Source of the DNA: Zootoca vivipara
Taxonomy: Eukaryota
Direction of reading: 5' to 3'
DNA length: 64,000 nucleotides
Assembly: GCF_963506605.1 (NCBI RefSeq)
Contig: NC_083281.1
Coordinates: 30,876,001 to 30,940,000 of the forward strand
In this document: positions 49,354-63,867 of the stretch, in pieces
Position numbering within the stretch: position 1 is the stretch's first letter
Layout: each line of letters opens with the position of its first letter
The notes under the pieces: generated by a model
Told to the model about the DNA's origin: nothing
Seen by the model: only the letters and a program-made list of their open reading frames with translations
The model's database searches: none
Program-made: the position numbers and the translations under genes

Positions 49354-49906
49354 TTCTAGCCACTACACCACACTGGCTCTCTTAATATGTTCCGCCTTTT
49401 ATTCTCTCGCTTTTATGTGTGGGTCCTGAGCAGCCCTATGCATCCCCTCTCATTGTATTTATCTGGTAATCCACGGCCCCTATTCTTTATGGGAAGGGCA
49501 TGCCTCATTTGTGCTAGCAGCTACCATTGTCATTAGTTAGGGGTCAGAGCCCTCCTTAGACTCTCCAGGGCTTTGTAATGAATATGTACCTACCGGTAAG
49601 TACATGAGCATTTGCACTAAAGCACCATGCAGTGCTCAGCCTGCCATTTTGCACAAAGCTTCAGGTATACCTGGAGTTGTTTATCATGACTGAAGGACTC
49701 TTCCTCCTCCCCCTTCAGATTTCTCCCTCTGTCTGCAAACTTGGGTAGTGAGTGCTGCCGGACTGGTACCAAAAAACCACTTAAGACACAAGCAGGAGGT
49801 ATCAGCATATATGGAGAGAATCCTGAAGGGGAATCCTCCCCCTCCCCACAGACACACAAAAGGCTCCGTGAGTACTGAGCATGCTCAGTAGCCATGGAAT
49901 GTAGGA

Positions 49907-50545
49907 AAAAATCGGAGTGGAAAAACCAGAGCTTTGGGGCATTGTATATAATGAATTAAAAAAAGATATTCAAATTCCCATTCACAAAAAGACCAGAGGC
50001 ATAATCCTATTAGGGATTATGTCGACTGAAATCAAGAAAGAAGTAAGACCATTTTTTATGTATGCAACATCTGCTGCCAGGATTCTGGTCGCAATGAATT
50101 GGAAGAGTGAAATTACACCTACAAAGTCAGAATGGCAGGTAAAAATGACAGAATACATCCAACTGGCAATAATGACAGGGAGAGTTGGAGGTGCTCGATG
50201 CAGAAGGTGGATAAAGAATGGATAGTATTTAAAGAATATTTGAAAATCTATTATAATGGCAAAAACCTCCTGGCAGAACTTAAATTATTTTTGTAGTGTA
50301 TAGACAGTAAACTAAAGAATATTTCTCTGAAGGAAATTAAGGAAAGAAAGTATAATAATATGATAGTGTAAATGAGACTTAGTTTTTTTGAGAACAACCA
50401 GAAGTTTATTTTACCTTACTTTCATTCTTTATTTTCCTTGTATTTTTCTTTTTGTTGTATATTGTGTTTGTGCATAAATTTTAGCATGGCAAATTGTTGC
50501 ATAAATATGTGTTGAATGTTTAATAAATATTCTTTTTATTTAAAA
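49907..50545 (+). mobile_element. 5'-truncated L1-type LINE in FABP3 intron 1
   Basis: ORF2 C-terminal remnant (YATSAARILVAMNWKSEITPTKSEWQVKM), AT-rich 3' UTR, AATAAA and A-tail; TSD AATGTAGGA (49898-49906, 50546-50554). Confidence 0.75.
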
Positions 50546-53474
50546 AATGTAGGATGACTGCTCAAAAAGAGAGAAGGGGAAATGGGAGGAGAGTGAAATT
50601 ATCTGCTTAGAGAGAATATTGGGTGGCTGGAACCTTGGGACAAGAACACTTCTATTAGGAGGGGGAATATGCTGCAACACTTTGTTGCAGGACCCACTTC
50701 TATTACTCCTTTAAACTCCAAAAACAAACATCTTTCAGAATAATGGGATATGAGGCTATGGCAAGGTTAAAGAATACAGCAGGTGAAATAGACTCCTCAA
50801 CAGAGCTATGGCATGAAGGGGCTCAGGTGGTGTTCTGTAGTTTGATGACTGGGGTGTTTGTGCCTTTTTCAGCTGAAAAATGTTAGGAGGCTGTGATGCT
50901 CTGTGGAATCTTGTGTGCTTGCTGGAACTGGGAAATATTGTTGGGAGATTGCCTAAGAGTGGCAAATCAGTACAGAACAGGTGGGGCCTAATTTTGAGTA
51001 GCATGATATGCTGATTAAAATTTTAAAATATAAAAAATTTGGAAGAAATTACAGATAAAGGCAAAGTACCTTTTGACCCTGTATACTCTTTGGCCAGGAA
51101 ATTGGAAGATGAGATCAGGTTCACATGATGCCATACATTTAAAACACTATGCTGCCACTTTAAACAGTTGTGGCTTCCCTCAAAGAATCCTGGGAGCTGT
51201 AGTTTAAGGGTGCTGAGAGTTGTTAGGCAATGATGACTATTCCCCTCACAGAGCCATATTTTTCAGAGTTGTCTGGGAAGAGGGATTGACTGTTAAACCA
51301 CTTGGAGAATTGTAGCTCTGGGAGGAGAATGTGGGTCACCGAGCAACTCTCAGAACCCTTAACAAAAACCCCAGGATTCTCTGAGAGAAGCCATGAGTGT
51401 TACAAGTCCTATAACAGTGTTTTAAATGTATGGTGTGAATGTGGCCAAGTTTCTACCTTAAATAGAAACTGGGCAGAAGCCTGCCTGCCTGCTTTCTGTT
51501 GTATCTCTCAATAAGAAGTTAGAGACATGCTTATTTTCCGTGTGCGAGAGAGAGGGGTGGTGGTGGAATATTCCAGGGAAGGTCAGTTCCCATGGTGCTT
51601 ATCTTCCTTCTTGGAATACTAGCATACCTTATTGCACTCTGAGCAAGATTATTTTCCTCCTCCAAGGACACTCACATTCCTGAAGGCCCCAGTAGACATT
51701 GTGACATGTTTGGAAGAACTAAGGGTGTTTATTTAACTGGCATTAGCAATCCAGGATATCAGCAAATGCTTTCAACAGTGTCTGCTAACTGGAATCTTTT
51801 TTAACTGGAGACCCCAGCAGTTGGAGTTTTCTACAAGAAAAGCAGTGTGTTCTCCATCCCTGAGCTTCTGACCCTTCTGTTAATCATAGGAACCTACAAC
51901 ATAATCTTGTAATGGGTCACACCATTGGCCTATCTTGCTCAGTAGTCTCTATATTTAGGGGTGGTGAAACCCAGGACCGGGAGCCAAATCCTTCTGTACA
52001 AAGATAAAATCTGTATTTGTTGCTTTGCGCGCTTTTGCCTCTGGCCCTATCCACAATGTTGTGCTGTCCTTGGAAGACTGCCGAGAAGAGGATGTTGAAT
52101 TGTGAAATTGGAAGGGACCACAAGGGTTCATCTAGTCCAGCCCCATGCAATGCTGGAATCTTTTGCCCTACATGGGTCTCGAATCCACAATTCTGCAGAC
52201 TGAGCTTGAGCTGGAATGTTTCCCAGCCCTTGCTCTGCATTGACTAGCAGTGGCTCTCCAGGATATCAGACAAGTTGGGCATACTTGGCTATACCTGAGG
52301 ATGATGGGGACATCAAACCTGGTACCTTCTGCATCCAAATCAGATGCTCCATCACTGAGCTTACAATCCTTTCCCCAATCACAGAGGATGTGGAAGAGAT
52401 CTCTGTTTTAAAAGCAAAACTGATCCGGGGAGTCGGTTCTCATCTTTGGGAGATGTGGAGGTGAGGCCTACCACCCACCCCATCTTCAAAGTCACCCTCT
52501 TAAAATTGTATTGTATCTATTAGGCCATGTTTTCTTCAAGGGGCTCCCCATTTTAGCCTCCCAGGACCACTGCGAGGTGTGCAAGGCTTGGTGAGTGCCA
52601 CTGGCCCAAGGTCATGCAGTGAGCCTTAAGGCAGAACAGGGATTTGAACCTGGGTCTGCTCCAGTCGTATTCTGACACGCTATACACAACACAACACACT
52701 AGTTACTGATCAGAGGGGGGGAATGTAAGGATTGCTGGTCATAGGGTGCAATGCATATGGAAGACTGGGCTCTCTGGTGGGAGCACAACAAAGCCATTCC
52801 TTTCCATTGCAGTTGCACAAATCCAATCAGATTAGCAGCTAAATGAGGAGAGGTCCACCCCAAAGGAATGCAAATGGTAAGAGTCTTGCCACACTGCTAA
52901 ATCCTGCCTGGAGAGTTCTCATTTGCAGCTTATCATATACAAACATGTGGGTCTCTTAGGAGTGCTCTCCACTACATGGCTGAATGCCAGAACGAACACT
53001 CCCTGCAAGGACTGGTGATGGAGGCCTGATTTCTCTATCTCAGTAAGTCAAGGACTCCCTTGCTCCACCTTCAGTCCAACTGATTTAATTTTGATGAATA
53101 AGCCTTTGTTCTTTTTGGTAGTGTGGCAGGGTGTTGGGTTATTGTGTTCTGTTGTGTGTGTGTGTTTAACCAAGCAGTTTTGCGAGCAGCTCTCTCTCGA
53201 AGGTATGGGGGAAGCTGTTGCTGAACTACAACTCCCATCAACCCTAGTGAGCATAGCTAACGGCCAGCAATGATGGGAGTTGTGGTTCAGCAACATCCGG
53301 AAGGTCAAAGATTCCCACACCTCCACTTTATTTTTAATCCTTCATTAGCTTTCTTCTATTTTAACAAATCTGCTTTTCATACCAGCATCCCATCAACACT
53401 GTGATTATTATGGCACTGACTTCTAAGCTTTTAGGCTGCTAATCCCCCCCATTTAATCTCTCCTTTTCCTGCAG

Positions 53475-53647
53475 GCGTGGGCTTTGCCACAAGGCAGATG
53501 GCAAACCTGACCAAACCCACCACCATTATTGAGGTTGACGGCAACAAGATCACTCTCAAGACCCAGAGCACTTTCAAGAATACGGAGATCAAATTCACGA
53601 TGGGAGAAGAATTTGATGAGACGACCGCAGATGACAGACATGTCAAG
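53475..53647 (+). CDS. FABP3: FABP3 exon 2
   Basis: 173 nt encoding [58 protein letters not shown]; KPTTIIE is FABP3-like. Confidence 0.95.
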
Positions 53648-56223
53648 GTAGAGTTCTGGCTGTCAAGATTGTGATTGCAACCCTTGCTAGGTCCCATCAG
53701 GAGCTACAAAAGGGTTAGATATGAATATAGAAGATGTTTTATAGCCGATCAGACTATTTAGCCCATGACTGTCTAGTTTGACTGGCCATGTTGTCAGCTG
53801 CTAGCAGTCCAGGTTGGTCTATTTAGGGCAAATGGGGCTCTACCACACCATCCTGGGTCTGGCCTCAGCCAGCTTTCACCTGCTTGCCTTCTTACTTGCA
53901 TCCAGTTCAAAAGGGGTAGCCCTGTCTGCTTGCTTGCTTCCTGCTCCTTAGTCCCATAGTTGCCCTTGTAAAACTCAGCAGGAGATGGGGCAAAACCAGA
54001 ATTAATTGATTCTGCTTGTCGTTGACTCTGCCTTCCACCCTACCATTCCAAATGGACACCAGCCACCACTGCCTGCTGCCTGATCCTTGTCACTCGAGAT
54101 GCCAGGACTGAACCAGATCAGTGGAGATTAAGTCTCACACTGGCCACGATGCCTATGTCCTGCCTCCACTTGGTTTGGAATCACAAGTGGGGAGAATTTC
54201 TGTTGTGCTGCTGTCCTGCTTGCAGGCTTTCTGAAACCTTTGGCCTGATCTGGTAGGGCTTTCCTTCTGTTCTTAACTTGGGGAGAAATGCTGCAGAAAC
54301 AAAAAGTGATGAGGTGGGCCTGGGAGAGAGAATGCAGAAGGTCAGGAAATGGGAACATTTGGCCCTCCGCTTGTTGCTGAACTACAGCTTTTATCAGCCC
54401 CACCCAGCATGACCAAAAGCCAGGAATAATGGAAGTTGCAGTTCAGCAACCTCTGGAAGACCAAAGGTTCCCTACACTTGGAGTAGGTGGCAGCTTGTGA
54501 AGACTCTGCTTTATGGTCCATACAGAAAGGGCTTTGTTCGGGAGTAGCCCAGGGTACCTGAGCCCTTGGTCATTTGTGGTGCCACCCCCCAAGCTCTCCT
54601 ACTCACCCAGTCTCTTAACTTGCCTAGAAGTCTTCTCTGCATTCATTCAAATTTGTGCCATGGGCATGTGGCCAGAGTCCTTTAGGTACCTAGTCACACC
54701 CCTGTTATTGCATCTGACCAGACCAGAGCTTACCTATTTTTCTATAAGCATTGGGTTTTTCTTTAAGTGTTAGCAGTGCTTTCTCTTTTTTAGGGGATAC
54801 TCAAGAGTACACAGTACTGGCACCTCTTTTTGTTTTTAAAAAGTGTGGCATTTGCTGAAACAACTTCAGTAAAAAAAAAGTACTGAGTGTTAGGTTATTC
54901 CGGTCTCGGAGCAGAGTTAGATTTGATAACAATTTGGAACAAGTAGAACCTGTAACAAAAGCTGGGCAGGTGCATGCTTACTCTCGAGCAAGCCATGCTG
55001 AACTCAGCAAGTCTTATTTTTGAGTAAACCAGCAGAGGTTTGCACTGATTAACAACCTTAAGTTTGTATACTGGATTCCTATTCATCGACGTGGTTTTCT
55101 CTTACCTGTTATCAGATCCTGAACAAACCAATTCCGCTGTTGTGACGTTGATATTTATTGTCTGTCAAAAGAAGCTGTGCTACTGGTTTCTACCCTCAAA
55201 TGACACAGCCGGCAGTTCTGAAGCCTTGCCGGTGGTGGGTGGGGTTTAAAATAAAAAAGTAGCTTAGAGCGTATTAAAACCATTCTTCTTTTCAATAATC
55301 ACATAGCCATGACTCACTGCAGGATCTCTTACTGGTGAGAGCAGCTTGTGATGATGTCACAACATATTTTAAAAATTAGGATTGTGAGCCGAAACTGATT
55401 TTAATTGAGGAGTTGAGTTTGTTTTTTTAGATCCATTTTTGCCCTGGTATGTTAATGTGATGGGAAAGGAGGGTATTTTGTTCTGAGTGGTGAAAGTAAA
55501 TTCTTCCACTGCTTTTCCTTATTCTCAAAAAGGTGCCTGTTTTGAGGGCTTGCTGGTGTGCAGTTTCAGTTGCCCTTGCTTAAAGGGAAAAGCCAAATGA
55601 CTTAATTGACTAAAAATATTGTTTTAAGTGGTGTACAGACACTTGTCAAGCAAAACGTAACGAGTGGGAGCAATGGAAATATCTCATTTGCATTCCACAG
55701 GAAGCAAGCATGTGTGAATTACTGGCAAGCTGCATGTTTGACCTTCGAAGCAAATGATTTTGGCTGGCTGGCAGCCAGAGGACAAGATGTTAAAACAACA
55801 TGTATGGCCTGCGAGAGGTTCTGCTTTAGAGCTTCACGGGAGTTGCAGGGTGCTCTGCACAGATGACCTGAGCCTGAAGGTTAACAATAGGATAGGCTTA
55901 CAGCAGCTGGCAGCCTCACTGGCTCCCATGTGGGGCATATATAAGGGTAGGGGATATGACTCAGTTCACATTTAAAGGGGAACTTGCCTAACAAACTTTT
56001 TGAAACAATATAAGAACTGAAAGGCCCAGTCATCCTTCAAAATGCACACTTATCTGAATTTTGCACTGTGGTTCTTTGGCTAACTAATGGGTACAAAGAT
56101 GTGGAGCATTGTTAGCAGACCCCTGTTCTTCCACACAGCTACACTTCCCAAGGTTCCCTGGGGGAAATGATTAAACCACTCTAGAAATTGCAGCTCTGGG
56201 ACAGGAAAAGGGGCTTCCTAACA

Positions 56224-56597
56224 CAGTGTTTCTCAACCTTTTTTGGGCCACGGCACACTTGTTCCGTGAAAAAAATCACGAGGCACACCACCATTAAAAA
56301 AGTTTAAAAAATTAACTCTGTGCCGCCCTATATTATAATTATGACTGTAAGAAACACTTGCCAAATATTGCTTTCCGGCGGGTCAGTGGTGTGTATTGGC
56401 GGCCGCCAGGCTCGTTTGCACTGAACTTTGGGAAAGAGGAGGAGAAATATTGCTTTCTGGCGGGGCAGTGTAGCTTATTGGCGGCCGCCAGGCACGTAAC
56501 AATGTAAATCGCCCTTCTCGTCGCCACATGTTGCGGCACACCAGCCAGCGTCTCGCGGCACACTAGTGTGCCGCGGAACAGTGGATGAGAAACGCTG
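56224..56597. mobile_element. hAT-type non-autonomous element
   Basis: TIRs CAGTGTTTCTCA / TGAGAAACGCTG; perfect TSD TCCTAACA. Confidence 0.8.
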
Positions 56598-56835
56598 TCC
56601 TAACAACTCTCAGCATTTTTTTGGAGGAAGCCATGGCTGTTTAAAGTGGGATGATACTGCCTTAAATCAATAGTGCTGATGGGGCCTTGCTTGCACCCCA
56701 TCCAAGGGATGAAACGGTCTGTCCGCCTTCCTCCTCTGTAGTCTGTGTTGCGCTTGTGGAACTCAGAATTATTTTCTGTTACGAACCACAATTCTGCAGC
56801 TCTCTAACGAGCTTGATTTGATTTCTTTCTTTCAG

Positions 56836-56937
56836 TCCCTTGTGACACTAGATGGAGGGAAGCTCCTTCATGTGCAGAAATGGGATGAGAAGGAGACCTC
56901 GCTAGTCCGAGAACTGAAGGACGGAAAGTTGATTTTG
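56836..56937 (+). CDS. FABP3: FABP3 exon 3
   Basis: 102 nt encoding [34 protein letters not shown], bounded by TTCAG| and |GTAAGA. Confidence 0.95.
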
Positions 56938-57663
56938 GTAAGACAAAAGTACGCTGCTCTTTACCTGTGGCCTACATGGGCAAGTTAAAAATTTGAAGAG
57001 AAAACTGCAAGGGAAGGAAATCACTCCTGGAAACTATTTAACCTGCCTCCAACCCCACCCCACCCCTGGTCACATGAAAATGTGCCTGGGGAAAAACGAG
57101 CAAGTAACTCTTTACTTTTGGCTGGCTCTGCAATTTAATGGTTGGCTGGCTATATCAATTAGAAACATTTTGATCAACTGCAAGAGGTGCCCACTTAATC
57201 AGGCTGCAGAGTGCTTGTTTTTACTTTTTCAAAATTGTGCTTTAGACTAGTACATACAATCCTTGTCGGTGGAGGCACTGCCCCACCCTGGGAACCCTCG
57301 TGCCAATTTTGGCAATGATATCTCAAGAGCCAAACCTGTGCAAAAAAAAAGGTCAAACTGAAGTCCCACCCTGGTCCGCCATCTTGATTCAAGATGGCAC
57401 ACGCCATCCAAATGGTGACAAAGTCTTCTGCCCTCCAGCTTGGAAACCCTTGTGCCATGTTTGGCAATGATATTTCAAGAGGCAGCCAGATCTATGGAGG
57501 ATAGACAGTCAAACCTCTTTCCAAAATATGCAGTAGGTATTAACCCACCCTTACGGTGTTGTAAGTAATGCCCTAAGACTAAGTCATTATACCATCTATA
57601 ACAGGCCTCTTGGGGAGTCACAGGGTTTCTGGGCTAAGACTTGCTTACCTTTTCTTCTTTCAG

Positions 57664-57717
57664 ACTCTGACGATGGGCAACGTGATCTGCACCCGTACCT
57701 ATCAAAAAGCGGAATAA
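57664..57717 (+). CDS. FABP3: FABP3 exon 4 (stop)
   Basis: 54 nt encoding TLTMGNVICTRTYQKAE-TAA. Exons sum to 402 nt (133 aa), and the ligand-binding R-x-Y is retained. Confidence 0.95.
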   Translation, partial: TLTMGNVICTRTYQKAE

Positions 57718-57959
57718 GAGCCTGTACCTGTTCTCTTGCCAAGTCATCCAATGCCAAACTTGTTGCCAAATTGCCTTTGTGATTCCCTTCCTCCCCACAA
57801 GTGTTTTTTGTATAGTTGTTGAACCTTTTTGAATCTGTTCAGTGTGCAACTTGAACTCTCTCGCCCTGATCTTTGGGGTTTTCTTTTCTTTCATTGCTTT
57901 TTTTTTAAAAAAAAAAATACTGAAGAAGTGGGCGAGGCAGAAACAAACAATGTGGAAGT

Positions 57960-57965
57960 AATAAA
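57960..57965 (+). terminator. FABP3 poly(A) signal
   Basis: AATAAA ~240 nt after the stop codon, followed by GU-rich sequence. Confidence 0.75.
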
Positions 57966-59777
57966 CTGAAATAGTTGTGTAATGGTGTCTGGCTGGATCT
58001 CTGTCTGCTTGGATTCTGACTAATAGACCTTTCCATTTGTGTGTGTGGGGGGGCTTTTCAGCCCGGGGGCCACATTCCTTCATAAGCAACTTTTAGGGGG
58101 CCATGTGGTAGTGATGACCTGGTCTGGTGAGGGGTGTGGCTTATGGAGAATCCCAAGGGGGTATACAGATAAATCTGGAATGTCAAAGCTTGATCCCAAG
58201 GTTCCCCACCCCTGGTTCATTTTACTGAAAATGTATTCCTCCTTCTCTGCCAACCATCAAAATGGATGTTTAAGTTGGTTAAGCAGATCAGAGCCCTAGC
58301 ATTATCTGGGATAATTAAATTGGTATGATTACAGGTACTCGCTGTTATTATAGCCTCACCCTTGCCTGCTGGCCGGATGGCAATTGTGTTACAGAGCTGC
58401 AGAATCAGTGATGCGGTTCAAGCGTGCTGCATACAGACTAAACCTTGACAGTCTATTGTTTTACAAAGCGACGCTAATTTGTCAGATGGGTATCGTATTA
58501 TGGAGCCACGGGAGCTTAAGGTGTCTCTCATTGTGGCATCTTAAGACCCAGCTTTTGGATTGACTGTTTGTGGTGACATTTTTGCTGGCCCAGTTAAAAT
58601 TGAGTGTAAGGGAATATGGACCAATTAATCCCTCACCCAAAACACCAAAATTAAGAATGAGGCTCTTCTAAAACAAAACAGAAACTTTGTTTACACTTGG
58701 TGCTTTACCACTGCAAGGTGCAATACTTTGTTTCAAACAGGCACTCTTAACAGAGATAATGTATTAAATATCTGAATGCAACACTTTCAACCTGTCACTG
58801 GACAGAGAATTTTCTTTCTTTCTAGGATGGCTATTCTACACTATATATAAAACCTTCCAGATCCTTCATCTGATCCCAGCCTTTCCCCTCAGGTAGACTG
58901 AACCTTGTCTGCCCACTTATCAGCTCCCTCTAGCACAGTGTTTCTCAACCTTTGGTTCCCAGCTGTTGCTGGACTACAATTCCCATCATCCCTAGCTAGC
59001 AAAACCAGAAGAGTGCTGGGAGACGTAGGTCCAACAACAGCTGGGGACCCAAGGATGAGAAACACTGCTCTGGCAGATAAACCCTGTGAGACTCCACTTA
59101 GATAGCCAGAGACCCCTTCTGCCTATACAAAGTCCCTGACTCCATACCCAGGTCCCTTTCTAACCCACATACAATCCCTGCCTGTTTGCTGTTGGACACT
59201 CCCCATCCCTTTTTGATGGTTAATTTCCCCCTCTGATTAGCTGATCTGTATGCCAGCACCCACTGGTTGCTGGGTCACAAGGCAGATCCGAGGCCTCTGT
59301 CACACACTCCTTCAAGCAATTTGATATGGAAGCTCTTGGCTGAACCAAGTCATTATCCAAGCTTCAAAGCAAAGATAAGTTTCGGTGACTTTAAAATAGG
59401 AGGGCGGAGGGAATTTTCCTGGTTTTTCTCTTCAGTTGAGGTAGCCCGATCTAAACAGGTTTGTCTGGAGTCGTGGATACCTGATATTAAAGTTTCCTAA
59501 TGTGTGTGGTTTTCATTTAAAAATCTGTTGTGTGGTTTCCACTGCCCCCCCCCCATGGCTAATCAAATGTATTTCTGACATTATTTTACACGTTATGCTT
59601 TGAGAAATGCAGGCAACAAAGACATGGGGGTGCTACTTGCAAGAGGCAGTTTACATTGCTTACAATGTTTGGTTCCAGGATCATTTAGAATCGGAATTAC
59701 CAACCATTTGGAGGACAATAGGCCCATATTTGAGAGGTCTGTGGGTGCCGGTCACAAAATGACTTCCAATAGTGTCT

Positions 59778-60120
59778 AAAGGTAAAGGGACCCCTGACAG
59801 TTTGGTCCAGTCGCGGACGACCCTGGGGTTGTGGCGCTCATCTTGCTTTACTGGCCGAGGGAGCCGGCGTACAGCTTCCGGGTCATGTGGCCAGCATGAC
59901 TAAGCCGCTTCTGGCGAACCAGAGCAGCGCATGGAAATGCTGTTTACCTTCCCGCGGGAGCGGTACCTGTTTATCTACTTGCACTTTGATGTGCTTTCGA
60001 ACTGCTAGGTTGGCAGGAGCAGGGACCGAGCAATGGGAGCTCACCCCGGATTCGAACCGCTGACCTTCTGATCAGCAAGCCCTAGGCTCTGTGGTTTAGA
60101 CCACAGCGCCACCTGCGTCT
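59778..60120 (-). mobile_element. Sauria SINE
   Basis: Full length; TSD CAAT(A/G)GTGTCT. Confidence 0.85.
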
Positions 60121-61424
60121 CAATGGTGTCTTAGTTCAACGTAAAAATTCACAAAGTACAATATGATGAGCTCATATAGACATTTATTGAAAGAAGACCA
60201 GCTCACTATGTCAGAATGTACTGTTGTAGTACTGAAGGCTACAAACCAATGCCTCGGTGCAGGGACATCTGAACATGTATTAATAATCCTTAAATGGCTT
60301 TTCCCATTTACCGTATATTGGCTGGGAGCACAACAGCACAGCAACGTGAGCAAAGGCTCAGAAAGACAAGAAACCCAGATTTCTAATTATCAAGGACTAG
60401 AGTCCCAATTTTTAGAAAGTAGCAACCAAACATCCACAAATCAAAATCTAAACATTGCAGACTACAGAATCGTAACTACACCTAGAATGTCAGCTCAACC
60501 TCATCCATGTGGAGTATACATACTGCTTTAAAACACCAGCTGTGGTTTTGCACTGGAGATTATGCTGCAGTCCATAAGATCTATGCCTTGCAGGTGTTAC
60601 TACTGAAGGATGCCAGTAAAGAATCAGAACCCAGCTGTTTTGGACACTGGAGATGCTGACCAAAAAGTAAAATCTATTTGCATATCAATGAACATAACAT
60701 TGAGAATCAAGTATTGTGCTTTTCTCCCTTTTTAAAAACACATGGCTAGTAGATGGTTTTAGCTGATATTTTCTAAAAGCACCCATCTCAGACATGTTTG
60801 CAGCTGGCATGGAACATGTATATCAGGACTGGCCAGGAAGTGTGCCTAGGTTTGAATTCAGCTTCTTGAAAATCATAGCTTTTTCCCAGGATTTTATTCA
60901 TTTTAAAAAATGATTTACTGTGAATTTCTATTCTGTCAGTGATAGAGAAGTGGTCAGGAATGTGTTAACTCATGTGCTCCTTTGAAAGGCAAGGCTTAAA
61001 AATCTCCCTCTCTACACAAAACTCCTTAAGAAACTCTTGACAGCCCTTAAGGACAACCTCATGCTCAGAGGGTGGGGCAGAGAAAGAGAATAAGAGGCAT
61101 TGTATAATGCCATAATTAATTAACGATTAACTGGAGTTGATATTTGAGAATGCATCTGGCCAGGAGTGTCTCTGCCAGTACATTTTTAAAGGTAATTTCA
61201 AAGTGCTGCTGCTTACCTTTAAAGCCCTACACAGCTTGGGACCCATGGAAACCTGAAGCCACAGCTGTTCCCATGTCACCCTCCCTATGCACTGTCATTT
61301 TTGGAGGTTGTCCTCTGGGTGCCCCCACCAGAAGTCAGTGGCAGACTGGCTGTCTTATCGGTACCCATTTGGTTATCTTTCAATGCCAGAACACTACCTT
61401 ATTCATTCAGACTTTTTAGCTTTA

Positions 61425-61698
61425 CAGTGGTGCCTTGCTAGACGAATTTAATTCGTTCTGTGAGTCAATTCATTTTGCGAAAAATTAGTCTAGCGAATCC
61501 CACAGGAATGCATTGAATTATTTTTTGCCCATAGGAATGCATTAATTGAATTTCAATGCATTCCTATGGGAAACCGTGATTCGCTAGACGAATTTTTCAC
61601 AAAACGAATTCGTCTTGTGAGGCAACCTACGCTAAAAAAATCTCTTCGTTAAGCGAAAAATTCATCTTACAGGGCATTCGTCTAGCGAAGCACCACTG
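61425..61698. mobile_element. Tc1/mariner (Tigger-like) MITE
   Basis: TA-flanked CAGTGGTGCCTTGCTAGACGAA / TTCGTCTAGCGAAGCACCACTG. Confidence 0.8.
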
Positions 61699-63238
61699 TA
61701 CTACTACCACCACCACCACCATTATATTGCTGGTGAGCTGGATAGTTCAGATTCTCCATCAATTTTTCCCATGTTAACTGCCTTAAGAAGCATGAGTGAA
61801 GAGCAAAATTATTTTTTTTAAAAAGCAAGCAGCCTACAAGACAGGTCAAAGACTAATTGCAGACAATTTTTTTAAGGTATGCTTTTTTATTAAAGATTTT
61901 CTTGATTTGCAGAAATATATGCAATGTCTCTTGTAACATTTTTACAAATCGGTTTCATTTGTTGAGACATTGGGAAGAGGGGGATAGAGGTAGATGGGGG
62001 AGGTGGGGTGGGATGGGGTCAGGTGACGATGTTCATATTTTACTTAATATATGTGGGGGTTTTTTTGTCAGTGTCACTGAACCAACTGGCATTCTCCAGC
62101 AACAAAGCACTGGGTGAGAATGACTGTTTCTCCTTCACTAAAACCAAGTGGACCTGGTTTGCATGCCACATCAAACCAGCCTTCTCCCATTTACCACCCT
62201 GCAATTGCTCTGGACTACAACTCCCAAAACCTAGCCATGCACTGCTATCCTGGCTTGGGCTGTTGGGAGTTGTAGCATCTGGAAACCACCAAAGTTGGAG
62301 GGCTGCATTAAACCATAATTAAAACAAGCTGTAGTTTGATATGAATGAGTAGCATGCTAGGACACGCTAAAAGTGTTGATGCTTTACTCCTCTCCTGCAG
62401 GGAAAGACTCCAGAATTTTGTTTGTGTTGCCTAAACCCAGGCTTGTGCTTATGAGGAAACAGACCACAGGTTCAAACCAGGTCATGTCAAGCCTAACTGG
62501 CTTCCTTCCAAGCAGGAGAGGAGCAAAGCACCTATGATTTCAGCAGCATCGACCCAGAGACTCCGTGTCCACATTTAATTACATTTCCCTTTAACCACGG
62601 ATTAACGTAATGTGCAAACCAGGCCAGTACAATGCCTGATTTATTGTCATTAGGAAAGCCAGTCAGGTGTATGATGTCCACAAGCAGTGAATCATCCCTG
62701 GAATAAGAGCTCTCATTCTACTTGTCTGACATCGTGCGGTTAGCAAACCAACTGAAGCAGCCTCATAGCAGAGGATTTTGGCAGACTTCCTAGTTAGTTC
62801 ATACTGACACCCCAAGCATGCAAAAGCATTTTCCCTTGTCATGGTTTTGATGGAAGCTCTTACACAGAATGTAGAAGTGATCTTGCACTCTCTCTGAAAG
62901 AACTGATAACTGGGTGGTAGTCTAAAATAAACACCACAAAAACTTTTAATACAGTAACCCCAGTGAAACTAAGCTCTGCTAGGTCACTGTCTCAAAGGGA
63001 GACCATGTTACCTTCAGCTGCATTATGACAGAAGCACAGAATGCAAGTGTAATAAACAAACAAACAAACTGACCTCAGATTGCCATTTAATAGACAAAGG
63101 AAGCAAGCCTGGGAAAATATCCACACCCTAAAGACTATTTTGTATCCAACAGAAAGACTTCTTCCTTTCTATTACCCAGCTGTTCCATTGGCCAAAATGT
63201 AACAGAAAGGGATTACACCTCGGGAGGAGAAAAAAGGC

Positions 63239-63244
63239 TTTATT
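63239..63244 (-). terminator. Candidate ZCCHC17 poly(A) signal (alternative at 62640-62645)
   Basis: TTTATT on the + strand is AATAAA on the - strand, ~620 nt downstream of the stop. Confidence 0.45.
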
Positions 63245-63867
63245 TCAGAGTTTAAATGGCTAGCAATATAACCACAAAGCTCATCTTCACATTTTGATTT
63301 GTGCTTTTGCAACCCCTAGGACTATTCAATTAATGAATTTTTTCTTCCTCCAGTACTGCAGTATGAATGGGGCAAAAATGCAGTGGTGTGATCAGTGCAG
63401 AACAAATCGACCAGCCAAGATGATGTGTCCACTGCTCTTTCTGCTGGCGTGCAGAGAATGACTGGCGAGATGCTGAATCAACACACAGCTGCCACCCTGG
63501 CTAAGGAAGCTGCATTGATTGCCTGTGCCATGCATGCTTCATGGAGATGGCTCAGGGTTGTTCCAAAGGAACTGCCTGGCACAAGGCCCAGAAGAAAAAG
63601 GAGCTACAGAAGGAGAAGCGTTTCACATGAATGAGGGCAACATCTGTGGCAAGGAACACCCAACAGCAGCTGGCTTCTTCCATGTAGAGAAAAGTGGCGG
63701 TTCTTGTGGGAAAAATTTGTAGGAAAACAACGGTGCTTTTCAAAGAAGGAATAGCCTTTTGTTATAATGCAAGTTGCACTAGCTCAACTATTCTTTTCTC
63801 CAGCAGATTACAGGAGCCCAGAGGGTGCACACTGTGTCAGCACAGCCTAAGGCCTTGGATCCGCTTC

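Noticed and set aside
628-57717. Interpreting the locus as SERINC1-PKIB-FABP7
   Set aside because: Diagnostic residues are those of SERINC2 (MGACLG, VYRMCFATAAFF, WFYFGVVGSFLFILIQL) and FABP3 (LVDS, DDYMK, KPTTIIE, DGGKL, KLILTLT). The next gene is ZCCHC17, not SMPDL3A.
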